From positions 3,410,001 to 3,474,000 of the forward strand of contig CM102285.1 of assembly GCA_046563655.1 (NCBI GenBank): DNA of 64,000 bases, written 5' to 3'. The translations under genes were made by a program, and so were the position numbers. The stretch's first letter is position 1; each line of letters begins with the position of its first letter. Positions 50,274 through 63,285 of the stretch are shown in pieces. A model generated the notes under the pieces. It worked only from the letters and a program-made list of their open reading frames with translations, did not search any database and had not been told where the DNA came from. The DNA is from Yuukianura sp. NJ FZ-2021. Taxonomy: Eukaryota.

Positions 50274-52747
50274 CATATGTGTGACACACATACACATTCC
50301 GAGAAAGTATTCCAAAAAATATTTTTGGCGTTATTGATAAAGTGTAAAATGCATACCAATCCCACTCCATTCAGTCATAAATCAATCAACCACTCGAGTC
50401 TTAACTTTAACTTTATGAGTATTTTTTGAAGGGGTAGATTGGTCATTGGCCTTCAATCTCAAAATAAAATTTTCTGCATCTTTGCAACACCCGACACCAA
50501 TTGGCAAGGGCGGGCAAGCTGGCTCCAAAAAAATTATTTGCACTAAATCTTCTTCAAGTGTTTTTTTCTTACACCTTGCAAAACCAAAAATAGCGTCCAG
50601 AAGAATGACGCACAAGGTGAGGAATTTGCAAAGATTTCTGCGAATTCTGCGAATCAAATTCGAGAGTGAATGAAAAATGGGGCTCTTTGAAGATGATCAA
50701 ACCAGGGACGCATATCCTGTTTTTATTACTCACTTTTTGAGAAGCCTATAAAAAGTATACAAAAAACGTTATTGGTTAGTGATGATGATTAATACATGAC
50801 ATCATTTTCAGATTGATTTTTTACACATTCGACGTCTTTAAGATATAAAACGTAAAAGTTTTTTTCTTCAAATTGAAAAATTGGAGCAAATCAAGACGTC
50901 AGAAGATGATTTAAGTAACTCAGGAATACCCATGATAGTTCAAAATAAAATTGAGAAGTTACAGACGCAAGAGTCGACGGATTTTAGAGCCACTAAACGC
51001 TAAACTGCTCCAAATTCTTAAAAAGTTTCTTCTCCCCCATTTATCTTCTACGCTGGAGCTACACGCCTCAGAGTCTGTGCGGAGCTGCTTTGATTTTCCA
51101 ACCTTGTCTAAAAATTATTATTTTTTAGAATAAAAATGAAATGGAGGAGCGTGACAAGCCCTGACTGCCTCAAGTGACAATTAATGGACATAGAAGACCT
51201 TAGTCAATTCATCCACTTGGCACGTACTACTGTCCTGCCACACTTTGGCACTCGAAACCATTTTACGCCTTTCTTTGACCCTGTCTTTCAACGGTTTTCA
51301 AAAAGAATAGAAAACAATTCGAGAGTGTAAAGTGTTGCAGGAAGTGATGAGACATGTCTTGACACTTATTAAGTGGGTTGTAGTTTACAACTTGTAAACT
51401 GTGTGTACCGATGTTAATCAAAGCAATTAAGAAAATAATTAAGACAAATTAATGCAAAGCTGTGTTCAACCGAACTCATACGTGCACTTCATAAGTCCTA
51501 AATTACATAGAAGAAGATAAATCTGAATATTAAAAAAAAACTCGAGTGTCATGCAACCCGAAATAAGAATAAACCCGTATTTTTTTTATCATAAAAAAAG
51601 TGGGTTAGAATAGCATAAAAATCCGTTTTCAAACAAGCTCTGTTTAAAACTAAAATGTAATTCAGAGTAACAAAAAATGTAAATTTTTTCAAACAAAATG
51701 AGTAGTGAAATTTAATGAAAATTTTTCTGAGAATACTCTTATAGGAAGGAACCCTACTGATGAGAAAAAGCAAAAAAAAAAAACGTGGGTTGCCACTTTT
51801 ACTTAAAGTTACACTTTTGAGTAACTTGTTTTCAAAATTTGGAAAATAGAAAACTCCGTGCATGGACAAATGTTAATTTGTTAACTGTTCTAAAAGAAGC
51901 AAAATTGCAAGTGCACCATAGTAAACTTTTACCAAGAATTACAAAAACTTGAGAATAGGAAAAATCTTTAACGGCTATTTTTGATGCAAAATTAATAAAC
52001 CTTAAAATGAAATCAGAAATTCTACAGAAAAATGTCTGAAACAGACAAATAAGTAAGAAAAAAAAATATTTATTATTTAAATAGACTTTTATTAATTTTA
52101 ATTTAATAAGAAAATTGAAATAATTTTGGAACTAAAATTGAAAAAAAAGTTCAAGTTTTTCTCTCTGTGAATAATTTACGACTTCTCGTTTGTCAGCATC
52201 ACCCAACGATTGAACAACATTACATCACAAATAAAATAAAACAAATATTGTAGAAGACTTGTTGAAGTCAAAGTGACATGATGAGATGACGAAAGGAAAC
52301 AATTTGAATGAGCGAGCGTTGGCTTAGGGCCATAGCACGAACGCGACTGACGTCTGCCACTTTTATATGCTTGTAATTCGTAAATTCCTGTTTTAAAGTC
52401 TTGCCCTAACACCATTAACAATGAAATACTATACGTACTATTGAAAAGATGCTGGTTCTATTTTGATGTGCCTGATGATTTAGATGATTCGACACTTTTG
52501 GTTTGTGGGTTAAACAAACTGAATCTAGAATTTGTTGTCTACAAATTTTTGTTATGTCATTTCTATGTCCTCACGAGTCTATTCGAAACGAAACCTAGTA
52601 TTTCGATTATTCAAAGTTTGAACAATCAAGAAAATATAAATTACTTGAAGAAGACGTTTTTACTTGTTGGCAAATTTTCAGATGTTGAAAAATAATATTT
52701 TAGTGTGAAAATTTTTTGTCGTTTGTCTCAAGATGTGGGTTGAGAAG

Positions 52748-52977
52748 GTACGGTTTAACGACCTTCATTGTAGTCACAAAGTGTAGCCACTTTGAGTAGC
52801 CACACAGCGCGGCAACAAATGTTGCCACCAAGGAAGGTTAAGTTAAAGTGTCTAGTAGACACTGTCTACGTAATTTGCTAGTGGTAACTTGTGACCCGTT
52901 CAGCCACTTATTGTAGCCACAAAAGATGGTCGAAGTGGCTACAACATGCGGCTACAATGACTATCGCTAATCCTTAC
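52748..52977. mobile_element. MITE-like element, copy 2 (same family as 887-1160), with arrays of TGTAGCCAC
   Basis: Ends gtacggtttaacga and tcgctaatccttac; subterminal inverted repeat tcattgtagtcaca..tgtagccactt versus aagtggctaca..gcggctacaatga. Confidence 0.7.
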
Positions 52978-53048
52978 TCCGACATAAGCTTGAGCCGAAT
53001 TTAAATCGTACTTAAGGATTTAACTTAGCGAGGCCTCAGTCAAAATTG

Positions 53049-54130
53049 TCACTGGTTAAATAGAAAAGAAATATCGATGGTGGCGCCTGTCGGGGTATGG
53101 TCTTCTTCACCCTCTTCAATTGCATGAAATTCGATTGTTGGGTCTTCGGAATTGTATTCAGCGTCTGGGTCCAATGCGATTAAAGTTGCTGTGGCGGTTG
53201 TCGTATCAGCGTCTGAAGTCTCAACTTGTTCTCTAGCAGCTATCGAAGACGACGAAATTCTAGCAAGTTTTGAAGCTTTCTTTCTATGTCGCAGTATACT
53301 TTGGAGCTCCGACTTTTTGAGGAAGAGGTTGGCATTTGCATCATCCAGTCGCTTTCCTTTTGGAGGTCTTCCTATCCTAGGGAAAAGAATTGGTTTCAGC
53401 CTAACTTTCCTCATTGACTCAAAAAGTTGCGTCTCAGTCTCAATCGCTTTCAGTTGGTTTAGAAATTGTTTCATAGCACTGAGGCCAGGTTTCCCTCTGG
53501 TAATCAAGTTTTGAAGGCGAAGGAGCTCCGATTTGATTTCGTTCTGTGTTGCGGCAAATTCGGCCAGAACCTGTTCACGTTTGACAACATATTCGTCGGT
53601 GTGGTTATGATGATAGTAGATTTTTATTATGGTGGGAAATGGCGGCATCAGTCGTAGAAACTCATCCTTCTTTTTCGTGTCAGGCGTTAGCTTCTTAATT
53701 TTAAAGTCTATTTTAGCAGTACAGTTTGTAGATTTGGATTTCTGAGTCTTCCCTTTGTTGTGACAACTGTGATGACAGTACCACTGCCTTCTCAGAATGA
53801 ACCTGCAAACATAAAGCACAATTTTCAGTTGCTGATTAAGATTACTGGCAGCCGCATATGTGTATGTTACCTCGTTGGTCCTGATAAGCATCTTCCGACA
53901 ATCCATCGTGTATGCGAGTTCTTCTGATAGGTTTGTAGCCATGTAGCTACTTCGTCCATTGAAAAGAGAGAACATCGTAGCGTAATGCATTGTAAATCAC
54001 CTCCGGTCGGTACAGCATCTTCTGTCACAAAATAATCGTATTGAACTGGTAAAAAACGCACTACAGCGTCGCCTTCCTTGCTCAATACTGTTTTCACTTG
54101 TACAATCCCACTTCCCTTGTCCCGGTTCAT
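53049..54130 (-). CDS. MULE-transposase-derived WRKY/GCM1-type zinc-finger protein lacking a DDE domain; 2 exons (intron 53803-53870)
   Basis: Spliced ...WLQTYQKNSHTRWIV...PTR|FILRRQWYCHH...TNCTAKIDFKI...IKIYYHHNH, then a helical region, an AT-hook-like RIGRPPKGK and an acidic tail. Confidence 0.7.
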
Positions 54131-54688
54131 GTTCCTTACGTACAATTTACACGACTAATTGATTGAAAGTAGCCAACTTACAAGTTGGATCGAGAAAGAA
54201 AAACTACTAATAAAATAGATTCACATCCCATAAATTAATTAGTTTGACGTTGATCACCTGTTGTTTGTTTACTTTTCTGTCTGTAGCCACAATAAATTTT
54301 AGCTATGTTGAAGATGAAACTTTTGTTTTGCCGGTCGCTTCAGGGGTTTCCAGGCTACCTCACTTTTACTTATCAGCTTTGGTCAAATTCAAATTTCTAA
54401 TCCGTAGAATACATAGAATCCTTTCTTTCACAATTACGTTGTTTAAACAATATACTAAGTTGCTTGTCGAAGATTGCAAATATTTACAACACACGGTACT
54501 AAAATGACAACTACAAATAATACAAGTAAGTAAACTTTTATTTGAGTTGATCTTTCTTCGTGTTCTTGCCAAAACTTTTCCTCGTATGCGTAACCTTTTG
54601 TAGTAAAATACATTAAATTTGGATGTAAGTTAACACTTAAATTAAAATTTATCATTAAGTACATTTTATTGAAGCACTTAATAGATTA

Positions 54689-54930
54689 TATTGTCATTAT
54701 TTCCAATAAAACTCGAACACGGCACTATAAGAAGTTATTGGTGGGTGATACGGGTGTTGAGGAGGACAACTCTATTCAAGACTTTCAAAAATACGTTTCG
54801 CGCGAGTGAAATTCAAACATTAAAATCCAAGATAAAAATGAATTAAAACCCGCAACATGCAAGATGCAACACCGTTGTTGCTGTTGCATTGCAACAGCTT
54901 ATTTAAAATTTAACACAAAGTGTTACAACT
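54689..54930 (+). repeat. Diverged direct repeat copy A of the PLC-gamma upstream block
   Basis: Shares acacggcactataagaagttattggtgggtgatacgg and ttgcaacagcttatttaaaatttaacacaaagt with 55804-56062. Confidence 0.9.
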
Positions 54931-55162
54931 ATGAAGGGAGATCGACTGCTTTTCAATACGATTTGCTGCAAGATTTTTTTAAAAAAACACAAGCAAAAAT
55001 TCCTTGCAGAAAATAGGGACGAACATTTTCTGCAAGCTTTTTTCTTGCAGAGAACGGAGGCGTTGTTATAAGAAGTTTGCGCAAAATCGAGCCGTTGTTA
55101 TAAGAAACATCACGGGCATCCAGCTAATTGAATACTAGTAAATGTATTGCGATTTGCGAAGG

Positions 55163-55255
55163 CTGGGGGGCAAGCCCCCCAGACCCCCCCCCTCCTTTTT
55201 TGAGTTAAGATGGAACTAGAATCTTCGGTGGCCTACGGCCACCGAAAGATTCTAG
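55163..55255. other. Two GC-rich DNA hairpins
   Basis: ctggggggc-aa-gccccccag (55163-55182) and ctagaatcttcggtggcc-tac-ggccaccgaaagattctag (55216-55255). Confidence 0.85.
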
Positions 55256-55803
55256 ACTGTAGCGTACGTACCAGTTTGACTGACTAATCGCACAAAAAAC
55301 GATTACACAATAGTTAAATTTAGAAAAACACGGGCCAAAAACAAATGTTGGGTGCAATTATCCAATATTTAGTTTATTTCAACCGTTGTTTGTACAAAAT
55401 TGTCATGCGCGCAGCGGAGGGTAGATTCGCTATTGGGAGAGTAAATGAGGAGAGTGGATAAGAAGACCACTACTATGACATATAGCCTTGTTTTCCTCGT
55501 GTGCTTGACCGTGAGAGTTAACTGTTGGTATCGTTTTGCTCCTGTTCTCTACACAAAGTGACGTGAGCCAAAGTTAAAAATCTCACTTGTCACACACAGA
55601 GGATTTGGAGGACTGTGTTAGAGATGCTGTAATATGTAGTAGATTGTAGAAGTCTGTGCTTGGAGGTGGAGGAGTAATGTAAAAGGGACACCCCAGGATC
55701 GTCCCACCCTACCAAGCAGAGACTTCTTTCTACATATAGTAGTTTGCATGGCCATGCTATTAGCATTGGCCGGTCGGTCGTTCGCGTCGTCAATTAGAGT
55801 GTG

Positions 55804-56062
55804 ATATTGTTATTATTTCCAATTAAACTCTACACGGCACTATAAGAAGTTATTGGTGGGTGATACGGCTCGATTGAAGAGGACAAGCTCTATATAGACA
55901 GCCCAAATTCGATTCTTCGCGCGAATGAAATTCAAAAAATCCAAGCTTCTTAATTAAAACGTCCGATTTCATGCAAGAAAAAAACTGCAGAAAACTGTTG
56001 CTCTTGCTATTCCATTGCAAGTTGCAACAGCTTATTTAAAATTTAACACAAAGTTTTACAAC
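55804..56062 (+). promoter_or_regulatory. Direct repeat copy B; probable promoter/5'UTR exon region of PLC-gamma
   Basis: Lies just upstream of a plausible 5'UTR intron (cag|gtagta ~56188 to ttttcag 56450) and the PLC-gamma ATG; duplicated at 54689-54930. Confidence 0.5.
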
Positions 56063-56586
56063 GACTTTTTCCTTCAACTTTTAGATTTTGGAAATTACTG
56101 GGAACTGGGGAAGTTGGTTTTTGTTTTGAGTCCCGGACTCCGAGAAGTCATAAATTCCCGTAAAGAAAGACAAGTGCGAAAGAATCAGGTAGTAAATCAT
56201 TAATTAACTATCCGCTTTGGCTTGGTACCAGGTTTGTCGTTGTTTTCTTGTAAAACTTTTTAGTTATCGCCGATAACTAAAAAGCTTATCGCACTATATT
56301 AATCGACGTTGAACCCAATGTGAAGATTTTGTATTTTAAAACTACTAGTAAGCGTTTCGGCTCTCAAGTAAATAGTTCAGATGAAATAGTCATATGGGCT
56401 AGAAACTAATATTTACTGTTCATTAAATGTACTTTGTTGCGTATTTTCAGGGACGTTGGCGGCATGAAAGGTCAAAGATGAACTAGTAGGAACTGATGCA
56501 GTTATTTGGAGTACTGACATGACAAGCGCTGCATGTGCTAACCGTATACCACTCCCATAGGTTGAGCGTTTATTGAATATTCCAAA

Positions 56587-59500
56587 ATGGATACCAGCGG
56601 TCTGGGATTCGGAAACGTCGCTGGTTTGGGGAACTCTAGCAACGCCTTTATTCCAGATATGGAAGTCGTAATTTCGCATCTGGAACGTGGTACTGTCGTC
56701 ACCAAATTTTTTTGTCGGAAAAGACCCGAACGACGAACCCTGTCCATCAAGAGAGAAACAAGGCAAATTGTATGGCAGCGGAACGTAACAGGCAGGAATA
56801 TTTCTGAGGGAGCAAGTAAGTTAGATTTTTTGTGGCTCGAATGACAATGTCAATTAGTTTAAACCATAAGTCTTCCATAATTAATATGATTGGAAACTTC
56901 CAGTTGACCTTCGTGAAGTCAAGGAAATTCGCCTGGGCAAACAGTCCAAAGACTTTGACCGCTGGCCAGATGATGCCAAGCGCCAAGAGCCTTCGAAGTG
57001 CTTTATTGTGTTTTATGGAGTTGACTTCCGTCTTCGTACTCTTTCCATTGCAGGTAAGTTGATCAAGTCTTGATTCTGTAAAGCATTTATTTAACAGATT
57101 TTCTAATATTTGTTGAATTTTATAGCCTTATCGGAGAAAGAGTGTGAGTTGTGGGTCAAAGGTTTAAAATTCTTGGTGGAAGATACAGCTCATGCGCCAT
57201 ACCCCTTTCAGCTATCGGTTTGGCTTAGAAAGGAATTTTATGCCATGGAAAATGCAAAGGGAAAGTAAGCAAAACGTAATTCAGCTGAGATTAAAACAAC
57301 TGAGTTATTAATCAATTTGCTAATTCTAGTTTCTTTTGTTCTAGCATTGCTTTAAAAGACTTGAAAGTTTTCTTGCCAAAAATCAATTGTAAAATGTCCA
57401 CAACGAAACTTCGGACTATTTTCCAAAATGTTGACACACGGAAATCTGGTGAACTCGGATTTGATGACTTTATGATATTGTTTCATCGACTGCGAAATGA
57501 CCATACGGTAAGGAGAAAGTAGTAAAGAAGTACAAGGCTATATTCTCATCCTTATCATTTATATTCCATTCATTCAACTTTTCGATCTTGTCATTACATT
57601 ATGTTCTCAACACTTGAACACTTGATTTCTCGTTCTGTAGATATTTACTGACAGTTTGAGCAACTATTCAGCGGATCAAACGACAATCACATTGAAGGAG
57701 TTTCAGAAGTTCCTTGAAACGGAACAAAAGGAGCCCCTCGTGAGTTCTGAAGAAGCGTCCAAATTTATTAGAGATTACTTACAAGATCCCAGTCGAGATA
57801 CTCTTGAACCATATTTTACTACGTCTGAGGTAATTGTCTACGAGTAGTTAACAAAATGTTAAATATTTTAAACATTTAGGTATGCTTCTTTTTCAGTTTG
57901 TGGACTTTTTGTTTTCAAAACAAAATGAAATTTGGGATTCAAAACATTCCGTCGTCAATCAAGACATGACAAAGCCTCTCTCTCATTACTGGATTGCGTC
58001 GTCGCATAACACGTAAAAGCTGGGTAGTAGCATTTTCTTTCTTAAATTGATTGTTAATTTCCGTTTGATTTGTATAAGGTATTTGACTGGTGACCAATTC
58101 TCATCTGAATCTTCAGTTGAAGCGTACGCTCGATGTCTTCGGATGGGATGTCGATGTGTCGAATTGGACTGTTGGGATGGACCGGATTCCCAAATTCACA
58201 TTTTCCATGGACATACTCTTACGACGAAAATAAAATTCATCGACGTAGTACGCTGCATCAAGGAGCACGCTTTTGCTACATCTCAGTACCCGGTCATTTT
58301 AAGTATAGAAGATCATTGCACGCTGGTCCAGCAACGAAAAATGGCACAAATATTCCAGGAAGTATTTGGTGATATGCTCGTCACTCAAAGTCTAGACAAG
58401 AATGAAACTCAACTGCCTTCGCCAGAGCAACTCAAGCGACGGATAATTCTAAAGCATAAGAAATTACCGGATGGAGCGGACGAAGGATCATTCGTTTCCA
58501 AGAACGACGATTTTTCAAAGGACATGGACTTGAGTAACACTATCAAGAATGGAATCATGTTCTTGGAAGATCAGGAAAACCAAGTTTGGAATCCACACTT
58601 CTTTGTTCTCACTCACAATAAACTTTTGTACACGGAAGTGACGAATCAAGCAGATAATGACGATGCTGAGGAAGATGAAGAACAAGATACGACTGATGCT
58701 AAATCTACAGATTCAACTGATAAGGCAAACGTAAGTCATGTGACAGTTTGTCACTGACCTTTGACCTCACTTTACATAAGTCACACCCGTAACCTTGCAT
58801 CTAACTTTTTGTGTTGTCTAGGCTCGGCATGAAGAACTCCATTTCAGCGAGAAATGGTTTCATGGACGCCTGAGAGGAGGCCGTAATGCTGCCAACATGC
58901 TGATCGAAAAGTACAAGCACCTTGGTGATGGAACATTCCTGGTTAGGGAGAGTGACACCTTTGTTGGCGATTATACGTTGTCGTTCTGGTTAGACTTGAT
59001 GAATGTTTTTAAAAATCGCTTATAGTAAAAATTATGATGATGATAGCAGAATTTTCAATTGCAGGAGAAGGGGAAGAACTAATCATTGCCACATTCATTC
59101 CAAGTATCACTGGGGCAGACTAAGCGGTAAGAAGTGTAAACTGACAAGAGTCTCTTTTTGACTCAATTGGTCAATGTTAATGTTCAATTTGTTTTCTCAA
59201 TAATGTTCATTCGTGTGACTCAATTCCGTTGCGACGTACCGCATTTTGTTTGTGTTTCAGGTGGAATAAAATTCTACTTGGTGGACTCGGTTACATTCGA
59301 CAGTTTGTACTCCCTCATTACGTATTACAGAACTAATCCAATACGTGGTTTGGAATTTCATATCGTTTTGGGCGAGCCAGTTCCCCAACCGCAAAGTCAC
59401 GAAGACAAGCCCTGGTTCCATGGGAGCATCGATCGTACTCAAGCCGAGGACAAACTTCGCAGAATTCCACATGATGGGGCCTTCCTAGTTCGAGTTGTTC

Positions 59501-62500
59501 AGCATGGTGACGCTCGATTTGGAATTTCCTTTCGGTACGATTTTAAATTGTTGCCTTACTTAATATTATTGGCTTAACAATTTTTCTGTATTTATACTAG
59601 GGCTGACAAACGAATCAAACACTGTGTGATAAAGGAAGATGGCCGCTTGTTTACAGTAGGACTGAACAAATTTGAGACATTAGTGGATCTGGTTAATTAT
59701 TACGAGAAGCATATATTTTACGGCAGAACTTCCCTCACACTTCCTGTAACTGATGAATTAATTCGACGCATGGGAGTTGTAAGTATTACTTACCCAAATC
59801 CAAGTAATTGGTTCATTAATTCGTTGTATAAATTTATATTTGTTGTCTGATTAACAGAATCCGGATGAGGACGATGGTGTATACGCACATCCAGAGTATT
59901 TAGACACGAATATTTTTAATCGAACGGTACGTCTTCAACGGTTACGTTTTTGCATGACTAGTAACGTGTTTTCTTTGTTATAATCACAATGTGATTTTAT
60001 TTGTAGCCAATCCAAGTACGGGCTTTATACGACTACACCGCAAGACGAGAAGATGAGCTTACATTTACGGCGAACTCCATAATCAAAAACGTTATTCAAG
60101 AACATGAAGACTGGTGGGTAGGAGAGTATTCTGGAAAACAAGGATGGTTTCCAGTGAACTACACGATGGTTGGTAATAATTTTCCAAAGTATAGAAGTGT
60201 TTCAATATTTAAGTGCTTTTATAGTTTTGGATCTTGAAATTTTTATTACCACTATGAATCGCTGATCATTATGAATTTTTCGTAGGTGTTGCCTGAGAGT
60301 GAGTACGACACATTAGAACTCGACCAGGGAGACACAACACCGCTAGGCAACCTGCAAAAAGGATCGGTAGAGATGATGGGAGCTTACGTTGAGATGGTTC
60401 GGAATGACTACGATGCCAATCTTCCTTTTGTGTTAAAAATCTACATGGATCCAAACACTCCTCCATTTATCGTGGGTCTCAGATCAGAACAAGAATCCAA
60501 GGAGTGGCATGACGCCATAAAAGAAACTGCACAAACAGCCAGCGACAGAGTAAGCGATAGTTGGATGTTAAAAGTAGACTTGAATACTCTTTTTTTATAT
60601 TGAAAGAGCCTGTTTTACTTGTCTTAGGAGAATCAAAACAAGAAAATGGAGCGCATGAACCGAATTGCCAAAGAACTGTCGAGCATCATCATCTACTGCT
60701 GTTCTGTAAACAAGTTTGTAAAGGATCGTTACAGCAAGGGCAGAATCTTCTACGAAATGGCATCATTTCCAGAAACGGCAGCAGAAAAATTGATGTGCCT
60801 ACAGGAACTGAAATTCTTTATTTGGTATCACCAGGTAAAGCACAATCTTCAGAAATCGACTATTTATGACAATCACAATCAAAGTCTTTCACACGATTCA
60901 ACGATTTCGAAAACTTGAGTTCTTTTATGATTTTCAGGTACAATTCAGTCGGGTGTATCCAAAAGGACAGAGATTAGACTCCTCAAATTACAATCCTCTT
61001 CCAATGTGGAACGCTGGGTGCCAAATGGTTGCTTTAAATTATCAAACTCCAGGTAAACAGTATTTTTGTATAACTTCAGTGTAGTTTTGATGCAACATTT
61101 TTGACAACGAATCAATGTGATAATTGTTGTAATTTTTCAGACAAGGCAATTCAATTAAATCAAGCCAAATTCAGGCTCAATGGTGGGTGCGGTTATGTTC
61201 TGAAACCGGAATTTATGTTTGACGAGAACTTTGATCCTAATGCCAAGGCTTCGCTAGTCAACATTGAACCTGTTATTCTAACTATTAGGGTGAGTCACTT
61301 TTGGATAATTGTGTGGACTCTTTCTTGCCACAGTAATTAATTTTCAATCAATCAATTGATTGATTGATTAATTTTGACTTCGTTTTTAGGTAATCGGTGC
61401 TAGACACTTGTCAAAGTCCGGCAGAGGGATTGTGAGCCCTTTTGTTGAAATTGAAGTACTAGGTGCTGACTTTAGTCTGAATTCGAGCACCAGCCAGAAA
61501 ACGAAAACTATCAGTAATTTTTTCGTACTTTGTTCAGTAAAACCGATTTGAAAACGTAATTTTTGTATCGCTCTGATCTTTTCCTTTTGTTATTAGGCGA
61601 CAACGGTTTTAATCCAGTTTGGAACGAGAGTTTTGATTTCGAAGTGCCTATTCCGGATCTGGCTATGATACGATTTGTGGTGCAAGATGAAGATATGTTC
61701 GGAGATCCAAATTTCTTGGGCCAAGCTTCTTATCCCGTAAGAAAATGAAAATGCAATAGATAGGCGGAACTTTTCAAATATTTTACTGATGCAAACACGA
61801 AACTGTAGATGAAGAAAAATCTTGATTCTTTTTAGGTTTTGTCCATGCGTCAAGGCTATCGAAGTGTGCCATTACAAAGCAGTAACAGCGAAGAACTGGA
61901 ACTTGCCTCACTATTAGTCCACTTAACAGTCAAAAGTGCACGCGTAAGATAATGTAACACGCTTTAATGTTGAGAAGTTTTCTTTATTTTGGGCGTTTTT
62001 TAAATACTTTTAAACTAAAAATTAAGCCAAAACGATGCTTTGGGCAGTTAGTTATTCCGATACTTTGAAGGACAAATTACTGCTCTTCAGTAATTTGAAT
62101 GTTTTTTTTTATAATAGTCAACAACGAGAATTTGACAATCATGGACTCTAATGATAATGAATTCTTTCATATGTTATATTTTAATGGATTTGAGAACTGT
62201 TTTTGATGCTGGGATTTGTTTTGGATGGTTCTGACTGTATTTGCCATTTTGATAATTACTTTTGAAATCTCTGTAATTCACACTTGTTGATCTGGGAGTA
62301 ACTGAAAAAAACGCAATGATGAGTCATTGCGTCATATTTTGTTTTAAAATTGTTATTTACTTTGGTGTTTTATTTTTAACTTTTGTTCTTTTCCAGCTTT
62401 GGATTTTCCTATAGTTTTTACGAGGGACTTTGCATTTGCATTTTTGTGGGAATTAAAACAGCTATTTTATACTGTAATTTTTTTAAGTTCGGGGCTTAAT

Positions 62501-63285
62501 GATTTGTACCTCCGAGCCCAAAATTTTGTTATCGCTGGCCGCTGGAACCGCTTTTTGACAAATGTTTTTTTTTCAAAATACTTAGAAAAGTTTTTTTTTA
62601 TAGAATTTTTTTTTTAGAAAAACAGTTTTTGTTGAAATATTAACCATTTTTTGTCTATATGATGGTTACACATGACGTCCCATCAATGAATTACTTTGTT
62701 GGCTTGGATTGCTTCCCTTCTACAAAACGAGCTGGGAATTACATATGATTTCGTTTTGTTGGAAATAAGCTTCTCCTTTGTTGGACTCTGGGAATTTGCT
62801 TGAAACGATTATTGTTACTGTGTCTTATTGGTGATTTACTCGGGTATGTTCATTTTTAAAATGCATTGTTTTATTTTAACTTATTGGTTAGTTGATTTGG
62901 AAATTTTCAGCTTTTTAATAAGTTTTCTTATTTGCAGGAAGAAGAGGAAGAAATCCGTCGTTTGAAGGCAACGCTGCCACGTCTTTCCAGAGTAATCGTC
63001 GAGAGTGTTGAAGAGGGCGACATGCAGAAAGAAGTTTCAGTTCGAGACGAATTTTTAAAAACGCAAGACCAAATCATTTCATTGGTGGAGGGCCAAAGAC
63101 ATCGACGACGCGCCACAAGTCAAATGGGGATGGCATCGTCTTCGGCCTCTTCCGCTTACGCTTCTTCGTCGCAATCATTGGCTTCCATAGCGAGTTCGAC
63201 GGTCGGACCAACTGCAAAGATGGAGCCAAGAAGATCACATTCTGTTCATTCATATCCATTTATTAGAAAAACTTCCGGAAACTAG
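56587..63285 (+). CDS. sl: Phospholipase C-gamma (small wing orthologue), multi-exon
   Basis: PH domain ([11 protein letters not shown]), EF region, X box ([34 protein letters not shown]), two SH2 ([14 protein letters not shown]), SH3 (ALYDY..EDEL..DWW), split PH, Y box ([15 protein letters not shown]) and C2 ([10 protein letters not shown]). Last exon 62938-63285. Confidence 0.97.

Noticed and set aside
48850-52700. Short ORFs (e.g. 49097-49351, 50382-50657)
   Set aside because: No recognisable motifs or coherent exon chain; treated as intergenic.
53867-53990. Overlap of ORFs 53049-53990 and 53867-54145 as a programmed frameshift
   Set aside because: Explained by a canonical 68-bp GT-AG intron at 53803-53870.
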